Shown: piece by piece, positions 1-9,700 of the stretch
Position numbering within the stretch: position 1 is the stretch's first letter
Layout of the letters: each line of letters begins with the position of its first letter
Virus record (IMG/VR): IMGVR_UViG_3300025849_000024
Source: an uncultured virus (IMG/VR IMGVR_UViG_3300025849_000024)
Lineage: Duplodnaviria > Heunggongvirae > Uroviricota > Caudoviricetes > Crassvirales
Length of the DNA: 64,000 nucleotides
Direction: 5' to 3' (one strand)
Translations under genes and position numbers: made by a program
Notes under the pieces: model-generated
Told to the model about the DNA's origin: nothing
Database searches by the model: none
Seen by the model: only the letters and a program-made list of their open reading frames with translations

Positions 1-7
1 CATGATT

Positions 8-2806
8 TTAATTTTTACAGTTACAGTTACAGTTACAGTTACAGTTACAGTTACAAGCTGTTTTATTACAAGCAGCCATTTGTGACTTTAGTTCGTCTAT
101 TTGTTTTTGTTGTTCTTTTATCGCTTCTATTAAATATCCAGTTAAGTTACCGTAAGCAACTCCCAACGTACCGTCATCATCGCTTACAAGTTCAGGAGCT
201 ACCTTTTGCATCTCTTGTGCTATTACACCAGAACTTGATATACCAGTATCTTTTCTATCAAAACTAACACCTCTCATTTGTAGTACTTTACTACCGTCTA
301 ATGTTTTTACATTTTCTTTTAATCTAGCATCAGAATAAGCTATAACATCTGCACTAGCTGTTACAGATCCCAAAAAGTTTCCTGGTCCAGAATAAAAATT
401 TTGCCATCTATAAGCTGAAGTACCTAATCTAGTGTTATTTCCTATAGTAGTACTATTAGGTATAAGAGCGGTAGGACAATAAACATGTATATGGTTATTA
501 TCTCCACTTTTACCTATAGTACAATTACCAAATTTTATACCTGCATTAAATACTTTTTGACCAGAAAATGTTTGAGTACCACTTAAGTGAGCAGTATCTG
601 CATCTAGATTTGCTGAAGGAATTACATGTGAGTTGTCAAAGATTTGTCTCCAACCAGAATATTCATCGTTGTTCCACCCTGTTTGATACCATAAAGTTCC
701 TGTATGCGGAGCATATAATTTAAATGTTGAATTTGTTAATTGCCAAGATAGTACTCCACCAAAAGAGTAAGCCCCTGTAGGATAATTAGAATGAGCACCC
801 GAACCAGTACCTGCAATTATATTTTGCACTTCATATATACCCATGTGTCCGTCAGTAGTACTAAAAATAGTATCCCAGTCTCCTGCTATTATTCCTTTAT
901 AGCGCATAACATTTTCACTTCCTGTGTGAAAATAAGTTACAGAGCCTCCAGTCGAATTTGTTCGTGTGTGCTCACCTCCTAAAAATTGATGTGTATAATA
1001 TGCAGTTGGAGATCCATCCCAACCATCTTGCAAATCAGTTATTAATTGTATACTGTTATCACTAAGCATATAGATTTCTTCTCCATCTGCATTTATATTA
1101 GTGCCTGCAAAACTTCTACCTACATCTCCATTAGCTAAAATAAGAGAATCATCTGATGATGTTAGCATTAATCCAACTCTACCAGATACTTGAGATAAAC
1201 TACCATTGCCTCCAAAGGTAATATAATCATGCTGTTCTGTACTTGGGTTGTCTGGAATAGAGGAGTTATCAGGGAAAATTATTTGACTTGCTGCTGACAT
1301 GGTTATGTCTCCTGAAAAAGAAGCTCCTTGTGCATTTAAATCACCAACAAGAGCTAAATCCCCTGTTATACCATTAGACATATTTCCTCCTACTCCAGTT
1401 ATATTTAATCCAAATTTAGTAACATGTTCGTGTGTTGCTGTAGTAGAGGGAGTAGTAGTTGGACCCTTAGTTAAAGTTAGCCTATCTGTTAAAGCCTCTA
1501 TAGTAAAATAATAAGTAGGAGTACTTGTTGCTACTATACTTTTTATAGATAAATGATAGTCTTCATTACCATCACTTTCAACTTTTATGCTAACCTGTGT
1601 ATAGTTACCACTAAAAGATTTAACTAGTATATCACCAGAGTGATTAACAACAACATAAGCTGTAAAATTAGAAACATGACTTCCTCCATGCGCAGTACCG
1701 CTGATTCTAACTGTCCCCGCTATTTGACTAGATGTTCCTTCTGCTCTATATACTTTTACATAAGTAGCTCCTATTGCGGCTGAATGATATATTTTTTGAG
1801 GAGATGATATTCTACCACCTGCGTGAATAGTACCTCCTGTTACAAGACCTCCATGTATTGATGTGTTACCTGTACCATCTATTCCTAAAAATATATCAGT
1901 ACCACTATGTTTAGTTATACCAAAATTAGTATTACCTGCAGAACCGTTTATATTTTTACCTAATCTCCAGTCTGTACCAGACGAAGCTCCTATGTACATA
2001 TAACTACTAGTAGCGCCTGATGCTACGTTTACAATCCTAGCCATTTCTTGGGGGCTACCATTTGCAGCTCCATTAGCATTTGAAGCTGTTATAAAAGGAG
2101 CAGATAAAGTACCTGCAAAAGTTCCAGCACCATCAGTATTATTTAAACGAATCATTACACTGTTAGATCCTCCACCAACATTAGTTGTAACAGCCCCCGT
2201 TACAGATCCAGATCTAGTAAAATCAAAACTATTTGTTGGATTGTTGTGCCATATACCCCAAGAGCTAGTGTTTTCTTTATAAATCCAGGGAGATGTTTCT
2301 CCACTTGCTGGATTAATAGATCTTAAAAAAACAGGATAAGTCGTAGCAGAATCAGCTGTCATTCTGATTCCTTCAGCCCCTGCAGCACCGTCCATTATAA
2401 AATTAGTACCTGCTTTAGAACTAGTTATAGTATCGTTAACAAGAATATCATTATAGAAAACATGATTTACTGCTTCATAGTATATATTATTATTTGCATG
2501 TAAGTTTATATATTTACCGCCAGCATTTTTAAGAATCATTTGCCCAGTAAGCATTTGTATGCTTGTTCCTACATCACCTTCATGTTTTATAAACTCTGAT
2601 ACATGTAAAGTTCCATCTAATGTAACTAAACCGCTAGAGTTTACATTTAATATTGGAGCACCTGATATGTCAGATACAGAAAACAAATCTCCAGTTAAAC
2701 TATCTGTAACTGAAAATAGCTGACCATAATCTCCTTGAACATCTAACAGGGTACCTAGAGATCCATATACCTCTAACCCTTTTTTTATTTTAAATTTATT
2801 TTCCAT
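8..2806 (-). CDS. Tail fibre / receptor-binding protein with pyocin-knob-like segment and C-terminal intramolecular chaperone (peptidase S74), ending in a (CN)n tract
   Basis: 932 aa, G/S/T-rich; C-terminal YSDARLKENV...GVIAQE...VAYGNL...LIEAIKEQQKQIDELK is the typical autocleaving chaperone pattern; YPTGAYSFG...LYAPH...WYQTGW...GWRQI is knob-like. Confidence 0.85.
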   Translation of the reverse strand: MENKFKIKKGLEVYGSLGTLLDVQGDYGQLFSVTDSLTGDLFSVSDISGAPILNVNSSGLVTLDGTLHVSEFIKHEGDVGTSIQMLTGQMILKNAGGKYINLHANNNIYYEAVNHVFYNDILVNDTITSSKAGTNFIMDGAAGAEGIRMTADSATTYPVFLRSINPASGETSPWIYKENTSSWGIWHNNPTNSFDFTRSGSVTGAVTTNVGGGSNSVMIRLNNTDGAGTFAGTLSAPFITASNANGAANGSPQEMARIVNVASGATSSYMYIGASSGTDWRLGKNINGSAGNTNFGITKHSGTDIFLGIDGTGNTSIHGGLVTGGTIHAGGRISSPQKIYHSAAIGATYVKVYRAEGTSSQIAGTVRISGTAHGGSHVSNFTAYVVVNHSGDILVKSFSGNYTQVSIKVESDGNEDYHLSIKSIVATSTPTYYFTIEALTDRLTLTKGPTTTPSTTATHEHVTKFGLNITGVGGNMSNGITGDLALVGDLNAQGASFSGDITMSAASQIIFPDNSSIPDNPSTEQHDYITFGGNGSLSQVSGRVGLMLTSSDDSLILANGDVGRSFAGTNINADGEEIYMLSDNSIQLITDLQDGWDGSPTAYYTHQFLGGEHTRTNSTGGSVTYFHTGSENVMRYKGIIAGDWDTIFSTTDGHMGIYEVQNIIAGTGSGAHSNYPTGAYSFGGVLSWQLTNSTFKLYAPHTGTLWYQTGWNNDEYSGWRQIFDNSHVIPSANLDADTAHLSGTQTFSGQKVFNAGIKFGNCTIGKSGDNNHIHVYCPTALIPNSTTIGNNTRLGTSAYRWQNFYSGPGNFLGSVTASADVIAYSDARLKENVKTLDGSKVLQMRGVSFDRKDTGISSSGVIAQEMQKVAPELVSDDDGTLGVAYGNLTGYLIEAIKEQQKQIDELKSQMAACNKTACNCNCNCNCNCNCKN
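15..55. repeat. Hexanucleotide tandem repeat (TTACAG)6 plus TTACA, encoding CNCNCNCNCNCNC on the minus strand
   Basis: Read directly: perfect units start at 15, 21, 27, 33, 39 and 45; partial unit at 51. Confidence 0.95.
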
Positions 2807-2830
2807 AATTATTACCTTTCATTTTCCAGG

Positions 2831-4027
2831 TTATATATTAAATCTATTTTTATAAGATTTGTAGTTTTGTTTTATCTGGGTAGCTGTTAAAAAACTATTG
2901 TAAAATCTTAATACAGGCATATTACCGTCAAGCTCATATTGTAGATCGTTTCTAGTTCCAATATAAAGAGGTTGTGTAGTTAAACCTGTATAATGTCCTC
3001 GTGAAGAATCTGCATTTTTTAATTCGCCATTTACATAAACATTAGTTGTACCGTTTTTAAATTGCCAAACTATATGATTATACTCAGACGGAGTAAAGTC
3101 TATAGTTACATTTGTATTTGTCCAACCAGTTGTTGTATTTTGTATTCTATAGTGTAAATAAGAATAATTGTAAAGAGCAAATAAATATTGATTTCCGCTT
3201 CCACTTGATGAACTGCCTTCTCCCCAAATTAAACCTCGATAGCTACTATTGTTATTATTAAACTTTACAACCATTTCATATGTCCATGTATTAGTGTAAA
3301 ATTTTTCTGCCTCTTCTATTTCTATGTAATCATTTGTGCCATCAAAATGAGGTTGACCTAAAGTATCAAAAGACATATTAGCTAAATCTATATTTATATC
3401 TTTTTTTAAATCTACTAAAGAATTTGTGGTAGACCTAGTTCCTGAGATTCCTGCAAAAGGAGTTGTTTGATCACCAAGCTCAAATTGTATGTCTTCTATT
3501 TTAATATTCATGTCATCACTATACTGATACCCCTGTAGATTTATAGAAGATGTAGTAGACTCTGTGGTAAATGTTCTGTGTGCTCTATACCATCCATCGC
3601 CTAGATCAATTAAAAAACTAGTAGAAAATTTTCCACTTTCGGTTATTTGTGATCCGTTATGATATTGTCTAACATAAAACAAATTTGGATGAGGACTTGT
3701 ACTGCTACCAGTATATTTAACTTTAGCACTTATTGTATATTGAGTGCTGCTACTAATATTAGTTATTGTAGGTATATAATAAAATTGTACACCACCTCCA
3801 TTTTGTGTTACTAAGTGAATACCCCTTCTTCCTTCTGATGTTGTATAATATTCTGAAGTTCCGCCCATACCACTCCAATTACTAAAAACAGGAACAGGTT
3901 CTCCAGCAAGATTAGTAGCAGGTCTTCCTTTGTAATTTTTTGTTGCAACAGCGGTATTGTTAACACCGTATCCAGTGTCAAATCCAAAAACTAAATTTTT
4001 CTTTTCTATGTTAGGTCCTGTATGCAT
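2831..4027 (-). CDS. Virion-associated lectin-like protein, paralog 3 (carbohydrate-binding-like domain plus LamG/ConA-like domain)
   Basis: 398 aa; FDGTNDY...WTYEMVVK...YNHIV...VYVNG...YIG...LRFYN...LTATQIKQNY is a LamG pattern; shares three blocks with 4027-5241 and 5577-6788. Confidence 0.75.
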   Translation of the reverse strand: MHTGPNIEKKNLVFGFDTGYGVNNTAVATKNYKGRPATNLAGEPVPVFSNWSGMGGTSEYYTTSEGRRGIHLVTQNGGGVQFYYIPTITNISSSTQYTISAKVKYTGSSTSPHPNLFYVRQYHNGSQITESGKFSTSFLIDLGDGWYRAHRTFTTESTTSSINLQGYQYSDDMNIKIEDIQFELGDQTTPFAGISGTRSTTNSLVDLKKDINIDLANMSFDTLGQPHFDGTNDYIEIEEAEKFYTNTWTYEMVVKFNNNNSSYRGLIWGEGSSSSGSGNQYLFALYNYSYLHYRIQNTTTGWTNTNVTIDFTPSEYNHIVWQFKNGTTNVYVNGELKNADSSRGHYTGLTTQPLYIGTRNDLQYELDGNMPVLRFYNSFLTATQIKQNYKSYKNRFNI

Positions 4028-5241
4028 TATATATCAAATCTTTTTTTAAAAGCATTATAGTTTTGTTTTATCTCTGCTGCAGTAAGAGGTTTGCTGTAAA
4101 GTCTTGCAATTGGTATGTGTCCATTCCAATATCTAGAGTAACCTCCGTATTCGTACCTACCAATATACCTAGCAAAAAAAGCACTTTTATCTGCAGTCCA
4201 AGTAAAAGAAGCATGGTCTCCTCCCTCAGCAACGCCATTTACATAAAACTGCATACTAGTTCCAGTTTCTTGTACAAACACTACATGATACCAAGTATCG
4301 CTAGCAAATACAGTATCTCCGTATTTCCAAACATTAGCACTTCTATCCCAAACAGCCATCTTACTACTTAGCAATGCTAACCATCCTGCATTGTGCACAT
4401 CCTCTTCACATCCGTTAAAATGTTGAAGTGTAGAAGCTGAATCTGTATTAACTACATATTCGGCTGTCCAGCCCTGGTTCATATCTGCTATTTCTATGTC
4501 CGTCCCTAAATCTACATAATCATTAGTTCCATCCATTTCAGGCTGTCCCGTTGAATCAAAAGACATATTGCCTAGACTTATATCAACTGTTCTTTTTAAG
4601 TCTATTAAACTAGCTGTATTAGATCTTGTTCCGTTAACAAAAGGAGACGCAACACTACCTACTTCTAATTGTACATTAGCTATGTACACTTTACTTGCAT
4701 CGTAAATTATATGACGAAACTGCCAATCAGTTGATGTTGTCCCTGTATAAGTAAAAGTATGCGTATATCTTTGCCAATAAGTTTTTAAACTAACATTACT
4801 ACCTACAATATAAGTATTATCTGAGTCTCTATTACAACTACAAATATGTGCACTTGCACTACGTTCATCATCTGCTTTAGCCCACCAACTTCTTGTATAC
4901 GTTACTCCGTTTGTTAACGTATATCTAGTAGATGGAAAATCAGTATACGTACCCCCACTTCCAGCAGGACTAGAAGTATTATGATTTATAAACATCAATC
5001 CACCTCCTGGAGGACTTGTATTAACCTCAAAAGAACCTTGACCAGTATCACCACCCCAAGTACTTAGACTTATAGTATCTCCCGCGCTTTTTGTAGAGTG
5101 ATAAGGATCTGCATTTAAATTAGTAGTAGGCATGCCTGGATACAATCTAGTCGCTGTATTATTATCAGCTATACCATATCCTGTGTCATACGCGACAACT
5201 AAAGCGTCATCTATTATATTTGGTCCTGCTACTGTTCCCAT
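4027..5241 (-). CDS. Virion-associated lectin-like protein, paralog 2 (CBM-like plus LamG)
   Basis: 404 aa; DGTNDY...WYHVV...FYVNG...YIG...RLYSKPLTAAEIKQNY; central TYTRSWWAK...WQRYTHTF...IANVQLEVG is CBM-like. Confidence 0.75.
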   Translation of the reverse strand: MGTVAGPNIIDDALVVAYDTGYGIADNNTATRLYPGMPTTNLNADPYHSTKSAGDTISLSTWGGDTGQGSFEVNTSPPGGGLMFINHNTSSPAGSGGTYTDFPSTRYTLTNGVTYTRSWWAKADDERSASAHICSCNRDSDNTYIVGSNVSLKTYWQRYTHTFTYTGTTSTDWQFRHIIYDASKVYIANVQLEVGSVASPFVNGTRSNTASLIDLKRTVDISLGNMSFDSTGQPEMDGTNDYVDLGTDIEIADMNQGWTAEYVVNTDSASTLQHFNGCEEDVHNAGWLALLSSKMAVWDRSANVWKYGDTVFASDTWYHVVFVQETGTSMQFYVNGVAEGGDHASFTWTADKSAFFARYIGRYEYGGYSRYWNGHIPIARLYSKPLTAAEIKQNYNAFKKRFDI

Positions 5242-5242
5242 A

Positions 5243-5572
5243 TTATTCCATATCGTTTACTGACCACTCGTCAGTTTCAAGTAATTCTTTTATTTCAGAG
5301 TAATTATATTCTTGATAATCTTCACTGTAAATAGAAGGTCTTCCGTATACTCCTGCTTCTATAGTTAAATAAGTTTCTTCTCCTGTTTCAGCAGCTTCTA
5401 TAGTTTCTGTATACGTTTTTTGTACAACTTTAACTTCGTATTTAACAAAAGTTTTAGTTCCATCAACAGATTTTCTCAAACTGTCTTTTTCTCCTTCTAA
5501 TACTTCATTGAAGTTTATATCGTCTATTTTATCAGTTGGTATTACCAACCATCGTCTGTTTTTAAATTCCAT
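5243..5572 (-). CDS. Hypothetical protein within the LamG gene cluster
   Basis: 109 aa acidic ORF, tightly packed between paralogs on the same strand. Confidence 0.65.
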   Translation of the reverse strand: MEFKNRRWLVIPTDKIDDINFNEVLEGEKDSLRKSVDGTKTFVKYEVKVVQKTYTETIEAAETGEETYLTIEAGVYGRPSIYSEDYQEYNYSEIKELLETDEWSVNDME

Positions 5573-5576
5573 AGTT

Positions 5577-6788
5577 TTATATATTAAATCTGTTTTTATA
5601 CACTTTGTAATTTTGTTTTACTTCATCTGCTGAAAGAGTTGTATTGTAAAGTTTTGCAACAGGTTGATGCCCATTTAGATAATAAGTTTGAGTAGCTATA
5701 CCCCATGAATATGCTCCAATAATTAACGTTGAATCTGAAGCAGTTTCACCTGAAAGCCCGGTTCCAGTTTGCTGCAAAGCTCCATTTAAATAAAGTTTGT
5801 TAGATCCATCTTCATACGTATACACTAAATGAATATACTTATTTGAATTATTTGCCCTAAATCCAGATATATTTATTGGGTTTATAAGAGTAGTAGAATT
5901 ATTCTTTGTATAAATTTGCAAATTTCCACTAGGGTCCAATCTTAAAACCCATCCATTTCCTACACCACTATATCCACTAGCGTCTGATTTATAATTAGAG
6001 CCAAAACCACTATAAGAAGAATCTGCGCTGTTTATTTTTACAACTGTTTCATATGTGTAAGCGCCTATTGATGTTTGATCTGCTATTACAATTTTATCAT
6101 CAGTGCCATCAAAAGTATGTTGTGCTGTAGAATCAAAAGAAACATTTGATAAATCTATATTTGCTGTTCTTTTTAAATCTATTAATGATTCTGTATTAGA
6201 TCTAGAACCAGTCGTTGATCCTGATTTAACATATGGAGTAGCATGACTATTTGCTTCTGTCTGTGCATCAGTCATATAAAAAACAGTACCAGGAGTTAAT
6301 CCCTCTCCTCCCCAATAAGGAAAGTTACTAGAAGAAGATGTTGTTGCACTTACTGTGTAGGTTATGTACTGCCAGTCTCCTGTCATAGTAAATTGTGTAT
6401 TACCTCCCCAATGTGATTTACCCCACATTGTTCCATATCCTTTTACCCAAGCAGATTGAGTGTAAGCATTACCGCTAGTGTATTTATTATTGTTATACTG
6501 GTGAAAGTGCGAATAACTAGAAGCTGAATTTACTGTAAATTTTACAGCAGAAACAGTATTTCCATAAGGTCCTTGAACAGTTGTTGCTGTGTGAGATATG
6601 TTTCCATCCCAAGAAGAAAAAGTCCAATCAGATTCACCGTTACTAAAATCTGAATTAGTGTACATATTTGTTGTAGGCTCACCTGGATTATACCTGGTTG
6701 CTACGCTATTACTAGAAACTCCATAGCCTGTATCATAGCCGAAAACTAAACCTTCTTTTATTAAATTTGGACCTCTGTATATTCCCAT
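5577..6788 (-). CDS. Virion-associated lectin-like protein, paralog 1 (CBM-like plus LamG)
   Basis: Start placed at 6788 (MGIYRGPNL), overlapping the upstream stop as TAATG and aligning with the paralog N-termini; LamG pattern FDGTDD...YIHLVYTY...LYLNG...IIG...KLYNTTLSADEVKQNY. Confidence 0.75.
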   Translation of the reverse strand: MGIYRGPNLIKEGLVFGYDTGYGVSSNSVATRYNPGEPTTNMYTNSDFSNGESDWTFSSWDGNISHTATTVQGPYGNTVSAVKFTVNSASSYSHFHQYNNNKYTSGNAYTQSAWVKGYGTMWGKSHWGGNTQFTMTGDWQYITYTVSATTSSSSNFPYWGGEGLTPGTVFYMTDAQTEANSHATPYVKSGSTTGSRSNTESLIDLKRTANIDLSNVSFDSTAQHTFDGTDDKIVIADQTSIGAYTYETVVKINSADSSYSGFGSNYKSDASGYSGVGNGWVLRLDPSGNLQIYTKNNSTTLINPINISGFRANNSNKYIHLVYTYEDGSNKLYLNGALQQTGTGLSGETASDSTLIIGAYSWGIATQTYYLNGHQPVAKLYNTTLSADEVKQNYKVYKNRFNI

Positions 6789-9700
6789 TACAATGCTCGT
6801 ATTAAAGATTTTATACTCCAATCATTTGTTTGTGTAGTTGCTTGAAGAACTACATTACCTCCAGATAAAACAGCTGTTAAAACTACTTCTGTAGTGTCAC
6901 CTATATCAACAGTAGATGTTTCTGCAAACTCTATACTAGTTCCATCATGACACACGGTAAGGGTACCTGCTCTAACATTACTTTGTTTTTTTATAAGAAA
7001 ATCAAAGAATACTCCAAATGATGCGTCGTCTACAGAAGCTATTGTTCTTGCTGCTCCTGAATCTACGTCTGTATTTTCTTGTTTATGTTCGTATGTTGTT
7101 GAATATACATTTTCATAACTTGCATAAGCCGTACTAGATCCAAAGTTTTGTTGCCAAATCCTCATTCCAATACCACCCTTTTTAAACATTACTAGGTTAT
7201 CTTTCCCCCCAGAGGAATCTGAATAACTTCGCATGTGTAAAAAATCGGCGTATGGACCTGAGTTGTTATTATCCCAACTAGTAAAACCAAACCTCATTCT
7301 ACTAGCTGCGTCTTCACTAGGAGCAATAACTCTATTATCCCTACGCAGCATGTAATTTGCGTAATCACTAGCATAGTTTGCTGAAGCTGCATTACCAGTA
7401 CACGAAGCAGATGACCCTGTTGTATTTTGGTTCCATGTAGGTACTGTACCTGTTAAACCAGTATATGGTACAGAAGAAGCTGTACCTGCAGTTGTAGCAT
7501 TTTTAGCCTGTGGTAAATTACCTGTTTGAGTTTCATCAACTCCAGATAATGTTGTTGTTTCAGTACTTATAGCCCAACCATCTATATAATGCTCAACGTC
7601 ACCTCTATAAGAACATTGGAAATCTCTAACAACTATACTAGGATGCGACCAAACACTGTTTGTTTCACCAATAGCAACGTAAAAATTAGTTCCATCATTA
7701 CCAAACCTTACATCAAAATCTTTTGCTGTAAGTTTAGTATTTATTATAGCAGTACAGTTATACCAGTAACTTGAAGCAGTTCCTGTTGATCTATATATAT
7801 AACCCCCTACAAAAACAGAAATCATTTCATTAGTAGTATAATCATATATATCTACATAGAACGACATCATATCATCTGGTGTACTACCTACATCTGTTGG
7901 TAATTTTATTAGTATATATCCAGTGTCACTGTTACTGTCACTTCTATATTGAGCACCTCTTGGATGAGGTACAAATCCCATGTGTGCATCACCTGTGTAA
8001 TACAAGCCACCTGCTGCTTCAATAGGCATATTAAATTTAGACTTATCGCTTCCTGCAAAATCTAGTGTTGTATAATTGTAGCCTATATTGTGAGTTCTGT
8101 GCTTTATAGTAGCATACTTAGATACTGCAGTTCCATCAGATTGTTTAGACCTAGTGTGAAACTTTAATTGAGCAGACTCTCTTGTAGTATCATCAGCTGT
8201 AGGAGTTTCTGTCATAAGGTAAATTGACTGAGAATTTGCTCCTTCAAAGAAACTTAATGCACCAGTTTCATCTGGTCTAATATACATAGTTTCACCTGAT
8301 GTATGTTTGATTCTCATTTGACCTGTGCCTGTACCTCGTATGTAAGGACTATTAGCTTCTATAGTAAAAACGTTTCCTCCAACATTTAAATTACTAGCAA
8401 CTTTTAGTTTATTTGTTAAATCCCATGTGTCATCACCATCATCAAATATTAAACTTGCTTGTGTTATAGCTACGTTATTTGAATCGACTCCTCTATAAAC
8501 AGATATACCTGATGTAGTAGCAGTTGCTGTGTCTGTTGATGCTTGTGTTGTATTAAGTTGTAATATATTATCTTCAACTTCTATAGTTGCTGTGTTTAAA
8601 GTAGTTACTGTTCCTTCTACTGTTAGGTTTCCTCCTACAGTTAAATTACCTGCAAGACTTGCGTTACCTACGTTAGTAACTTCAAAAAGCCTATCACCAT
8701 CTACCTCACCCTGCCAAATAGTAAAATCATCATAGCTGTTTTCAACAGCTCCAGTCCCACCGTCTGTATTTACTACAAAGTGATGACCTCCTTTAGCTCC
8801 ATATTCTAACCAGTACCTGTCATTTGCAGGGGTTCCACTATCGTCGTACCCTTCTGAAACATATTGTTGAGATCTAATATAGTTAGAGTAATTTGCGCCG
8901 TCTCTTTGAAATTTAAGTTCTGAGTTTAGTTTTAAATCGCCTGTTAAAATACCACCACCTAAAGGTAAATAGTGACCAGTTATTAGATTAGCTCTAAAAG
9001 TTGCAGGAGTTATGTACCTAATATAATTATCATCAGATACATATATTTTATTAACAACCGCAGTTGTTAATCCAGAAGTTGTGTTTATCCAACCAAAGTT
9101 AGCATAGCCATTAGCGTCTCTAACAGGCACGGTGTTAGCCTCATTTCTGACGGTTGATAAATGGTAGCCATCTAACATATCTGCATCAATCCATCGTTCT
9201 CTTGATGTTAAAGATTTATCATCACTACCTGCTGTTGGTGTAGACCCACCTGCTGTAGTTGGGTACGTTATTATACCAGCATCTGTATGTGTTTTCCACC
9301 ACTCAGCGTGAACAGTAAAACTATCTTTCCAAGCCCCGTCTATCTGTACATAAAGATCGTAAGTATTATCTAAGCCAGAAGATGCTGATCTAATTGATTT
9401 AACTGCTTTAAATAAAGTTGGAATTTGATCTCCTTTATACCAATGTAAAATATGACCCTCCTGCGCACTGCTATGATTTTCATATAAAACATTTATTCTT
9501 TCATCACCTCTAGCGTTATCATCGTAAGACCCAATAGTAAACTGTATTTTTACTTTTTCATATCCCGAACCTATGTCTACACTTGATATATGAACCCATT
9601 TATCTCCTGTGTCTGCACCGCTACCACCTACCACTCTTACAAATCTATCGTCACCCCAATAGTCTGTTTTAAACTCTCTATTAAGTTTGTTTAAAATTTG

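Noticed and set aside
2831..6788. Diversity-generating retroelement or invertible shufflon acting on the LamG genes
   Set aside because: No reverse transcriptase or recombinase in the window, no near-identical template/variable pair differing only at adenines, and all copies are in the same orientation.
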